Assembly: GCF_036321535.1 (NCBI RefSeq) | Contig: NC_087436.1 | Span: 66,838,001-66,902,000, forward strand | From: Camelus dromedarius | Taxonomy: Eukaryota | Length of the DNA stretch: 64,000 nucleotides | Reading direction: 5' to 3' | In this document: one piece after another, positions 52,906 through 64,000 of the stretch | How the letters are laid out: the number at the start of each line of letters is the position of its first letter | How positions within the stretch are numbered: position 1 is the first letter of the stretch | Translations under genes and position numbers: made by a program | Notes under the pieces: generated by a model | Seen by the model: only the letters and a program-made list of their open reading frames with translations | Told to the model about the DNA's origin: nothing | Databases searched by the model: none

Positions 52906-53667
52906 GGTGTGGAGAAACAGGAACCCTCCTACACTGTTGGTGGGAATGCAGTTTGGTGCAGCCATTATGGAAAACTGTATGAAGATTCTTCAAATAATGA
53001 AAGATAGAATCATCATATGATCCAGCAATCTCACTCCTGGGCATATATCCAGAGGGAACTCAAATTTGAAAAGACACAGGCATCCCAATGTTCATAGCAG
53101 CCCTATATACAATAATCAAGCCATGGAACCAACTTAAATGTCCATTGATAGATGACTGGATAAAGAACCTGTGGCATATTTCTACAATGGAATACTACTC
53201 AACCATAAAAAGAATAGAATAATGCCATCTGCAGCAACATGGATGGATCTGGAGATTGTCATTCTAAGTGAATTAAGTCAGAAAGGGAAAGAAAAATACT
53301 GTAAGATATCACTCATGTGGAATTAAAAAAAGAAGAAGAAAAAAGAAGACACTAATGAACTGGTCTACAAAACAGAAACAGACTCACAGACATAGTAAAC
53401 AAACTTACCATAACTGGGGGAAAGGAGGTGGGAAGCGATAAATTGGACATTTGAGATTTGCATATACTAACTACTATATATAAAACAGATAAAAAACAAA
53501 TTTCTTCTGTATAGCACAGGGGACTATATTTAATATCTTGTAACGTATAATGAAAAAGAATATGAAAACAAATATATGTATTTATATGTATGACTGAAAC
53601 ATTATGCTGTACACCAGAAATTGACATATTATAACTGACCGTACTTCCATTAAAACGAATAAATAAA
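52906..53667 (+). mobile_element. 5'-truncated LINE-1 (ORF2 C-terminus + 3'UTR) with TSD
   Basis: ggtgtggagaaacaggaaccctcctacactgttggtgggaatg...tgatccagcaatc... through the 3' tail. Flanking direct repeat tttttcctctg at 52895-52905 and 53673-53683. Confidence 0.92.
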
Positions 53668-55287
53668 TCATTTTTTTCCTCTGTAAAATTCCTTCCAGCT
53701 CACGATGGCATTTTTATCAAAAATGACGGTAAAAATCAACAGGAGCAAAATTAAAAATCATCTTTGGGAAAGTAGTCATTATGTCACTATACTTGAAGCT
53801 TCTTATTAAAAATGCACTAAATCCGTCATTAACAGTAGTTGCTATTAAGACTACTTACCATATCAGTAAGCATGGCATTTTGCCAGTGATAGGTGAACAT
53901 ACAGAGAAAATAAGTATAAGAAATAAATGTCATGAACTATATTAATTTCAATAAACATTTTAAAAGACATCTTAAATATAAAGGCTATAGTTTTTTATAT
54001 AGATTTTATAATGAGTCATTTAAACATCAACAGATACATCATAAACATGAGACATAAATGAATACACCTAGCTTTTTCAATATGTATCCTGTATGCAAAA
54101 CTTCAAAATTAATCTACTGGTGAAATCTGGGGGGAAAAAAATCTGACTTCTGAAAAGCTGGATGTGTGATGGTTCACTAGAACTAAGTCTTGAGTCCTGT
54201 GAGCAAGACTGCCATGCAGATTTGGCACTAAGCCTGCAGAGAAAGAGGGATTCTTAAATTATGATGAGGTTGAAACAATGGCAGTCATTTGTGGTTAGGA
54301 AATATGACATTTGGGAGAGCTTATTCTGATGATTTATGTCATATGTGTTTGCCCTACCCACATTTTAGGGCTCTAGTCTAAAGCAGTAAGAAGTTACAAA
54401 TGCTGTTCTTAAGAAGCAACTAAATATTCTTGATAGGCTTTCATTTCTGTAAGCCCACAAACGGGAGGGAAATCTCTTTCTTTATAAACTATTCCCCAGA
54501 CATATTAAGTATATAAATTAAAGTTGAAATGGAATCATTCCTAGTTCTGATAAATCATATTTTTCGTGGAGTCCTTTACATGAAGATTTTGAAGCATTTT
54601 TGAATCTTTCACATATCTTGCGTTTGTTTTCTTTAAGATAACTGAAACTCTGCCTAGAAACAAGCATCAACTGAATCACCTGTTACACCATTTAAAATTT
54701 TTGGAAAGGAATCTCAATAATTAATCATAGTCTCGTCTTTCAAATCATTTTGACATGTATTATAATTCTGTCATGAGAATCAAAAAACTCAGTGGGAAAT
54801 CACTTTTTTAATCTTACCAATATAATAAAAGTCAATCCTTTTATTGAGTGCCTACTACATGCCAGGTCCTGTCCTAAGTGCTTTACATATATTATCACAC
54901 CTTCCCTACATTTTATCCCTTACCTCATGAATTATCTTCTCTGTGTAGGTCTCTTCATCCCCTCTTTTATTGATCTCAACACTTCTGTATCACCTGAAAA
55001 CTTACTATTGTGATTCTTAGCCTACTTCAAGTTACCAGTAAAATCTCCAGCATCCTCAATCTTTTTTCATATTTCCCTTACCTTTTAGCTCTAGCAGACA
55101 CACAGTTCTCTCCTGCAGATACTATCTGCCCAGGGGTCACGGTTATCTCCCAGGCCCTGCTACCAGTGGGCTTCTAAATGGGCTACGTGCCCCTCATGCT
55201 CTTCACTACGCTTTCCAGACCATTCTCCCTATGCTAGATTTTATTTTGCACAGTGGCTGCTGCAAGATCTCCTGTGATATCTTTTAA

Positions 55288-55380
55288 AATTTATTTTTTG
55301 GTGAGGACGTTTAAGTTCTACTCTCTTAGCAAATTTCAATCACACAATACCATGTTATCCACTAGAGTCAGCACGTTATC
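55288..55380 (-). mobile_element. L1 3'UTR fragment
   Basis: ttttggtgaggacgtttaagttctactctcttagcaaatttcaatcacacaatac. Confidence 0.65.
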
Positions 55381-56584
55381 TTTGAGAGTAAAAGCAAAAG
55401 ATGAAACCTGAAATTCTAAGCTTTTGTTTCATATCCTACGGCCCACTATGTTTTCTTCCAACATTTATATTTACTTTTTTTTTAAGTGGCTAAGTTTCTA
55501 CCATAATTAAAGAAAGCTGAGCTTGTGAAGTAAACTTTATGGAAATGCCAAACCTAAACTATTCTGGTCTTAATCATCTGAGAGTCACTGTTGCTTAGGT
55601 CTGCCCAAAAGGGAAGCATAAGTAAACATTTTCCTTCCGCTTCTTTATGTAACCTGGCTACCATTCCCACCCTGACGAATACATTTCCCACTGCCTGTCG
55701 TCAGTACGTTATAAAGGACTAGCCTGCAGCAAGTTCAGCGGCAGCTCTTACCCCACTGTCTGTGTTTCTCAGATTTAGAGCTGCCAGAGCTCGATTTGTG
55801 AAGTTCTGATTCTGAAAACCATTATGTAACTTAACTTTTCCCTTCATTTTAAATTTCACAGTCCATCTGAAAGTTCTTTGAACAAGTAGCTGTAACTCTC
55901 ACATCACCCATCTTTGGAAATCAAACCAGCAGAGAAAGGCCACAGATCTCACTAAATGATTTCCATTTGCTAGGGGTGCTGAAAATTCTGGGGTCTGTCC
56001 TGGCACTGCCGTTAATGTGTTCTCTATCTTCCAAGGAGCTCTGGTTCTTCTGTGTCCCCATCCTTGGAGAGTACCGCAGCATAGGGATTTTCTGCTTCGT
56101 CCCTGGTCTGCTGGGTTCTTCTAAGTAACTGATAATCATAGATGAACTAGATAAATATACAAATTTTCCATAACTGCACTTAACTTACTCAAAGTCAACA
56201 CCCTCTTATGCTTTCCTCATCATTTTCATCTATCTTTCATACCAGTAAGTGAAAGTATTTCTCTATCTTTAAATACAATTAAAAGAACAATCTTGACCCT
56301 TCTCCATATCTACTTTGCCTTCAAAATTAGTTTCCAGAGTATTAAGATTTGCAAGCTGATTTTTAAATAACATACGATCTGAGCTCTATGGTTAGTAGAG
56401 AACAGATTTAAAGTGTCATCCAGTTTATACAATATGTACATTACAGAAACCTCTCAGCTTCCTTAATGTAAACGTATGAATGACATAAGATTTTGAGGTG
56501 CTGTAATGGAACCAGCAGAGGCCCTATTTAGCTCACTATTCCCTTATAACTGTTCATATCACACCACTGTCTTCTACCATCAAT

Positions 56585-56703
56585 TTTTTTTGGGGGGGGT
56601 GGTAATTAGATTTATTTATTTATTTAAATGGAGGTACTGGGGTTTGAACCCAAGACCTCGTGCATGCTAAGCACACACTCTACTATTAAGCTACACCCTC
56701 CCT
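56585..56703 (-). mobile_element. tRNA-derived SINE (Vic-1-like) with TSD
   Basis: ggtaattagatttatttatttatttaaatggaggtactggggtttgaacccaagacctcgtgcatgctaagcac...agctacaccctccct. TSD ccatcaat at 56577-56584 and 56704-56711. Confidence 0.88.
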
Positions 56704-59265
56704 CCATCAATGTTTTCTTTACACAGTGTGCGATCAGTCCTTCTTTAATTCTTCATTTCTATTTCCTATTCTTAGTATTCACTGCAATTGAAATGATTCA
56801 ATATAACTCATACAACAGTCTGAATAAGGTGGTCTCACGTCACACATTTTATTTTAAATCACTTACTATAAGCGATACCCTGGGAATTGAAAGTATATTA
56901 AGGAAGTGTAAAAAGTATGATTAACAGAAAGAGGCAAAGGATATAAAAGAAAAGCATTATCAGGTGGCTGCTATTTTAGGATCAGTGAGTGGATTTAATT
57001 TTTTTCATATTCTATCTTCTCCGTTCTTAATATTTAATCACAGAATATCAGTACTTACACTAACACGATATATATTATTGAAATTTATATTTAATATGAT
57101 ATAAGATATAGTATAATATTTAATATAACAGAACATCATAATATAACAGGCATTATATAATATGTATTATCTATTGCCAGGAACCCACCAAAATAATAAA
57201 CATTGCAGAAAACAACTATGAATATTTTTCTTTTGTCTCACAGTTCTTCATGGAAAATAAGTCGTAATCATACCTTGTCACAGTGACCTGGTGCTTGAGC
57301 TTTGAAGCAGCAAAGTATGAAAACAAAGGTTTGCAGTACATTTTCACTTGGCCTGATACATCATTTCTCTTTGCTCTTGTAATGATGGGGACTGGCTAAT
57401 TTTCCTACAGTTCTTTGGCTGTCAGCCTTTGTACATAGCATGTGACAAGATGTCCAAGTAGCTGGGATAAAAAACACTTTTTGAGAGAAAAAAGGTCGTT
57501 TTGCCATGTGATGAAAACCATGTTTTATAACCAAATGTGCAAATGGAAGAACAGTTTTAAACTGAGCTTACAAATCTGCTGCTGTACAATATTTTCCCTT
57601 ATGAAATAGTTTAGATATTAGAGACCAGGAGCTATCACTGTGGAGCTGAGGCTTTACAGAGATAATAAAATGGACGTTCCAAATAGCTTTGGTGAATTTT
57701 CAGATTCCTCTTGATTTTTTTCAGTTGCTTCCAGCTCCTCCTGAGAAAAAGACTACCGAGTAAGAGGTTTAATACACATGATGCCTAGAGGCAAGTTTTC
57801 AAGTTCAAAGTCTTCTTTTTCCTAACCTAGAACAAAAGTGAGAGAAGGTGGATGCTCTGCTTCCCTATCACAAGAACGAAGGTGATTAAGTTGACACCAC
57901 AAAACCTCTTTTGAAAGCTTCAGTGTTAATATCAAACTATGAAAAGCATAGAAATAATTAAAAACGACTGACTAGAGAAACAACTTTGTTTCACCTTCCG
58001 AGCAAAGTTATAAACATATGTAAAAAATTCTCCTGCTATCCACATTGTTTTCTCTGTATTTTTTTCTTTCACTATATATTTTTTTTAATTGAAGTATAGC
58101 TGATACACAACACTGTGTCTTTCACTGCGTTTGATTGGCCACTGTACTCAAGGAAGTCTATCAAACAATTGGAGTGGAATTGTCACAGAGAATTTAGAGT
58201 ACTGCAATTGAAATAAGTATGGCTAAAATTTTTTAAAAGATAAAATATTTTTAAGTGACTGAGTCAAAGAAGAAAGAAGCCTGGAGACAAACTCTAGAGA
58301 GCAAAATACATGTTGTGCTGCACTTTGTCTACTGAGCCAAAGATGACCAGGTAGACCAAGATGTGATTCTTTCAAATGTTAACACATAATATCCTTTATT
58401 GTGGCCTTATATTGTTATACTAAACAAACATGTATTTCTATGCTATTTGTAGTGTGTGTATTTACATAAATTTAATTATCACCTTGCTCAACTTGGTAAT
58501 TACAGCTGTATCTATATTTTCTCTCCAAACTATAAGTTCTTAGAAGGTCAAAGTTGTGTATATTTCCATATACCTGTTTGGAGCGTCAAACTTTGCTTGG
58601 ATTAGCCAAACGGAGTATTGGAAAATGACCTCTAGGTAAAGGAAGTTAAATATTTGCAGATACCTATATAGCAAACTTTATGAAGCTGTGCAATTTCAAT
58701 GTGTTTAATTTTGAATACCATCCTGGTAATTTTTCATATCAATAAAGGTTTTCAAGTACTCACACCAATATTTCCCCAAGAAAAAGAACATATTGTGTGG
58801 CAGCTGAAACACAGAGGATATAAGTAAATATAACAGATATATTAGCTGCTTCTACAAAGCAAAGGAGGGGCACCTGAATTTTGTGCTTAAAACTATCTGA
58901 TCCTTCAAGGAAAGATCTACTTTGTTCCACAATGATATACATCATATATATGTCACATATTTTTATAAGGCATTGTCTGCTACATTTTCCTTTCTTAAAA
59001 ACATCTGCCACATCATGCTATCTCCTAAGTTCCATGTAGAGTCCTATAGTATGTATTCTATGCCTTAAGAAAAGTCCATATTTGAATGTAGAAGATTACT
59101 TTTAAAGCTTTTAACTGTGCAATTTTCCATCTACTGAAAGACTATTAACTAGCTATCTCTTGGAACTGCTGTATTAATGGAGTAGCATTTGGCAAGCAAT
59201 GCTATGATTTATTTTAAAATTCACCTTTATGACTGTGTCTCAAAAAGAGAAATAATTTAATATAA

Positions 59266-59296
59266 TTTCATTCATTCATTCATTCATTCATTCACT
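59266..59296. repeat. (TTCA)n tetranucleotide repeat (possible L2 tail)
   Basis: ttcattcattcattcattcattcattca. Confidence 0.8.
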
Positions 59297-61049
59297 CACA
59301 AGTTTTTCATTACTTTGTCCCAGGGATATGAAGTGATAATATAATTTAAAAAGACAGATGTAAAATTTATCATGAATCTAATACATAGCTTTTCATATTT
59401 TAAGCTTGGACATTTTTATGCGATGTATTCTTTCTCTTGTCTACGGCAGTTATCAATCTGTTTGCTACAAGTTTCTTCTTGCTCTTAAACTGTACAGATA
59501 CACATTTGCAGCCCATTTAAGTAACCTACTACACCCTTTGGAACCACTGAAAAGCTATTTACTATACTCTAAAGAGCAGTGATCTGCCTTAAAGTGTTCA
59601 CATTTAAAAGTACAGACTTCCTCAAATGAAAAACATAAAGAAATAAAAACACAATGGCCTTACTAAAACACATAGACTCATCATTTTCTCAAAGAGAAGC
59701 CCCCTGGCATGAATAAACCATGAATGTACCGTTGAAGGAATAGTATAAGTATAATCAAAGTTATAGCATATCAAGTTTCTTTGTTTGCTTCAAACAAGCA
59801 CCATGGGAGTTTTCTGAATCTGTTCTTCTATATCTTTCTCTCAGGCGCTGAGAGATGTTTGGAAAATTTCTCGGTAGCTGGCTGTATCTTAAGCACTGAG
59901 GTTATAGAGATGAGTAACACTTCCTTTAATTTGATGGCCAGTTACCAGACAAACTACCCTCTGAATTTCAGTTTCCTTATATAAAATAATGTATAATACC
60001 ACTATCTAGATTATTGTATTGTTGTGATACATTGTCAATATTTAGCCCAACACTTGCCATATAGTATTTGATTGATGATTGGTATTGTTATTGTTCATTT
60101 ATCAAAAGTAATTGGTGATCTGATAAACTGTCAGAATTGGGACAAGTTTGAGAGTGAAAAAGGACACTATTAATGTTACACAAAGGAGAGAACTGTAACT
60201 GTCTCAGACATAGTAGGACCCATGGTGACACTGTTCCACAGGCCAGGAACACAAAGAACAAGATGAAGCATCTATGCTCAAGTAGTTTAAGGTTTAGTGT
60301 CCCATTATACTGGCTATAATAAAGTGGCTAGAAGGGAAAGAATGTTAAAGCAACCTGGTTATTGTAATTCTAATTTAATTTCACAGCATTATAATGCTTT
60401 CAAAATAATTTTATTTTCTGTTTTATTAGAGATGTATACCTTATAGATTTATGTCTTATAAAGATTAAAGAAGATAAGTTAATTGCAAAGTGAAATTCCA
60501 TTGCTTGTTAGAAAAACATATCTACAATAGTTCAAAATCAGTTAGGAAAGTAAATCGACTACATTTCAAAAAAAAAAAGAATTAATAAAAAAAGAAAAAA
60601 ATCAGGAAAATAAAATTAGCGTGATCTCTGATGGAAGTTTAATGAAACCAAAATGCCAAGAAAGCCACCTTGTGCATATTTGTAGATTGTATTACCTAAA
60701 TGTCAACCTCATCATATGACAAAGTTCTACTACTTCACTTTCACCTTCTTAGAAAAATGCAGGAGCCCCCTCAATTTCTTTCTTTTTATTTTATTATTTA
60801 TATTCAATAAGAAAAAGGCAATTGATCCAGATGATAAATTTCCAAAATATATTAATGGAATTTTCAGAGGACAAAATCCTTGACTGCTACCAAACATAAA
60901 AAAAAAAAAGAAAATGCTCATTCTTACCCATACTTGGGAAAGTATACACTTTAGCTATCAACTCAACAGACATCAGACTGCAAACCATTTAAAATATTGA
61001 TATTACTGACATCTGATGAGCAAGTAGTAAAAACAAAATTTGTATATAT

Positions 61050-61500
61050 TATTAAGGACAAATGTTGGAAAGTAATTTGGCAGTATCTGCCTAAATTCCA
61101 CCTCTATGTATATCTCTGAGAGAAACACTCACATATGTGCCAAGAGCCATGTATTAAGATATTTATTGTGCCATTATTTGCAATAGTGAAAAAATGAGAC
61201 ACAACCTACAGTGAAATAATGACATGAAATTCAATAAATTATACCTTTATTCATCTAAGGTATAGAATATAAAAAATTATGTTGGTAGGAAAAATAGTTA
61301 CAAAAGCATGCATAAAATATTTTTCAATTACCTAAATTTTGTGAAACTAAGAAAACATTATATGCTGGATTGGAGACACACACACACACAAAAGACACCT
61401 AAGCACAACATAGCCATGAAGAACAGAAAGACATAAATTCAGGATAGTGTTTAACTTTAGAGAGGTTCAAGACTCAGGAGAAGGAGCGGGGGCCTCAACT
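61050..61500 (+). mobile_element. Ancient L1 (L1ME-like) 3' fragment
   Basis: ggaaagtaatttggcagtatc...gagaaacactcacatatgtgcc...ttatttgcaatagtgaaaaa...aaattcaggatagtg. Confidence 0.6.
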
Positions 61501-64000
61501 TTATTTTTTTAATGAAAGAATAATAAAAAAGAAACAATTTCTTTTAAAATCAGACATATTTTTAATCAATAACCTCATAGGGTTTGGTATGAAAATTGAG
61601 GGTGGTAACTCTCTGCTAGGACTAGAATGTGCTGGGAATTAAAGTTCTGGGCATCCTTATTTTTAAGCATTTTAGTTAATTAAATAAATGTTCAAGGGTT
61701 TAGTATTACCACTCATTTATTTTATTATGCTGATGCAAGTTTAAACTATGGTCAGCTTGAAAGCCAATCATTTGACCAGTAAACGGCGGGACCAAAATGT
61801 TTCCTAAGCCATTTCTCACATAATGAGAGAGAATCTTGCTATGGATGTTTGCGAATAGAATTATAAAAGGAGGACACAGTTAAGCGCTGCACATTGATAA
61901 AATATTAGGTGCTGTGAGCCAAAACACCACGGAATAAATGAGCAGCTTCCAGATTTAGCCTAATTAATCCAAAACTGGATAAAGAAAAAACCGTAATGTG
62001 CTTTAATTTTGGCACTAATTTTTGCTAAGATAGAAAAATAATTATTTCTTACTTTCAAGAGTCTAATTATTCTCTGCAAGTGTGTTTTACGCATTCTTAA
62101 GAAATGTGGTTAAGCCACCTCCTCCTCTATCCTCCTTTTATTCTTAAGAGGAAGTAGAAAGCCTTCTGTTTCCCCTGTTGCTTAAAAAAATCTGTAGAAA
62201 ATTCCATCTGTACAGGCATTCATTCATTAAAATCCATCTTTTAATGTTTAATTCAAGAATTCCCAAGAGGAAAAGAACTAGTTCAGGATACCCAGCGATT
62301 TACATACTACATCCTTGTCAACAAATGTGCAGGGCAAGAATTACTTCCCTTTTGTTTCATGCTATTTTTTCCATCTTTGGTTGCATTCGAATTTTAATTC
62401 TGTTCACATTCTGCAGTTCGTAGGAAAGTGGCCTGAAGCGGACAGCAAGAGGAGCACTAAATCGAGCACGTAAATCACTTCTTCCTCAGCTCCAGAGCCG
62501 ATTTAAAGAGCATCCTGGCACTAATGCTTGGAAATAATATACTGTCGAGCCCGACACAGCAGAGGGACTCTACTTCAAATTACAGGATAGTCCAGGTGAC
62601 CGTGCAATTACAATTAACCTCTTACCCACAATGTCAGTGATAAAAAGTCAAGCGAGTGATGGGTACTAAGAAAGTACTCAAGTAACAGTAAAAGCGATTC
62701 CTGAAGTTTTAGTGTTTAAAAAATATTTTAAATTACAACATCTCACAACTTCAAAAGTGGTTTCCTGGTGAGTGTAATAGTTTTTTTCCCCATTAAAGCA
62801 GCTATACCATATGATATAATAAAAGCAACTAGATGAATATCTGGCTCATAATAGGCGCTCACAAAATGCTTATGAAAAGAAGGAAAGACTATAGATGCAC
62901 ATGTGCGGAAATTCACAGTCTTTCTAATCCTCAAGCACTGGTCCAATGTTTGAAATAGTTTTCAAAGCATACTTTTCCCGATCAGGTTTACAGGAAATAA
63001 TAACTATACTGGTATACTAACATCAATGTCAACATATTGCTTCCTTTGAAGTTCATAAATATACACATTATGTATTCAGAGCATGCATACGCTCAGATAC
63101 AGAATATCAGTTTATGTATACCCTTCAGATAGAAAGCCAGAGAACAGGAGAGAAAGATTGTGTATAAGTATACCTAGTCTTTTCACTATAGATATTAATA
63201 ATTTTCATTGTGCACATGAAACATACACACATAATGAATATATGTAAAGCTAACTGATAGATATTATGGCTTAACAGATCTCTGTTGAGGCAAGAATTTT
63301 CCAACCTTTGAATCACACAAGTGTGCTTGTCTATGTAAAACTGGAACTATGACATGGACATATATTAGCCTTACTCATTAAAATATACTAGTTCAAATTC
63401 AAGAAATTAAATTAATATAGTAATGATAATTATAATAACAATTTTCCAAGGAATTCAGTGACCCATTCTTACAAAGTTCTGGTAGGTGTTATTAATGAAC
63501 TGAAGTCTACCATGAGAAAGCAATTTTTTATATTTCAAAACTATAATCATACAAATTTAGAAGCATTGATACCCAAGGTTAACACAAATATATATAAATA
63601 AGGGAATTAAGAAAGCAATTTAAAGATCAACAATTAAAGACAATACTACGTATTCTTTATTGTGACAGGTGCCAGGTGAAAAAGAAATAGTAGAATAAAA
63701 TGATTCTGGTTTCAAATTTCTTACATTCTAGCTAGAGAAAAAAGTCCATCACAGAATTTTTAAAAGAGAATTAATACAACTAGTACAAACTGTTGCAAGG
63801 ATGAAACCCAAGAATAATTGATCCAGTTAGAGAAAATTCTGGAGCTGTTAGGATTAGAGCTATGCCTAGTAACAGAAAAAAAGCACAATGTTAAACAGGT
63901 AAAAGAAACAAACAAACAGATCAGAGATTTAGTGGTTGTTACTGTAAGGAGTTGATTCTAAATATAATGATGAAGGGCTTTGAAAACAAGACATAGTTAA

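Noticed and set aside
61920..61940. REST/NRSE site (aaaacaccacggaata); also a right-half-like ggacagc at ~62440
   Set aside because: Only partial matches to TTCAGCACCnnGGACAG, and the halves are ~500 bp apart.
1..64000. A novel multi-gene system (operon, CRISPR array, defence island)
   Set aside because: The DNA is a mammalian intron-rich locus. There are no long ORFs, repeat-spacer arrays or gene clusters; all recognisable coding signal is EPHA5 or decayed retroelements.

Overview
This is AT-rich mammalian genomic DNA, not a prokaryotic region. It lies inside the EPHA5 (ephrin type-A receptor 5) gene on the minus strand. Two coding exons are present: 39292-39447 (156 bp, Cys-rich/EGF-like region, probably exon 4) and 34992-35327 (336 bp, first fibronectin-III repeat, probably exon 5). 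Both have canonical AG/GT splice sites and join in frame. The rest is intron filled with interspersed repeats: a rearranged ~4.1 kb LINE-1, L1 3' fragments, four tRNA-derived SINEs resembling the camelid Vic-1 family (suggesting alpaca/llama/camel), a decayed ERVL provirus, MLT1 LTRs, a MER44 (Tigger-type) element, MIRs and L2s. The remaining ORF-track entries look like chance or repeat-derived ORFs. I see no evidence of a new multi-gene biological system. The most unusual items are the mosaic L1 (ORF1/endonuclease deletion, a 5'UTR copy inside ORF2, a polyadenylated insert in its 5'UTR), several inverted repeats, and a CpG-retaining non-repeat segment that may be an enhancer. Repeat family names and old-repeat boundaries come from visual recognition and are approximate.
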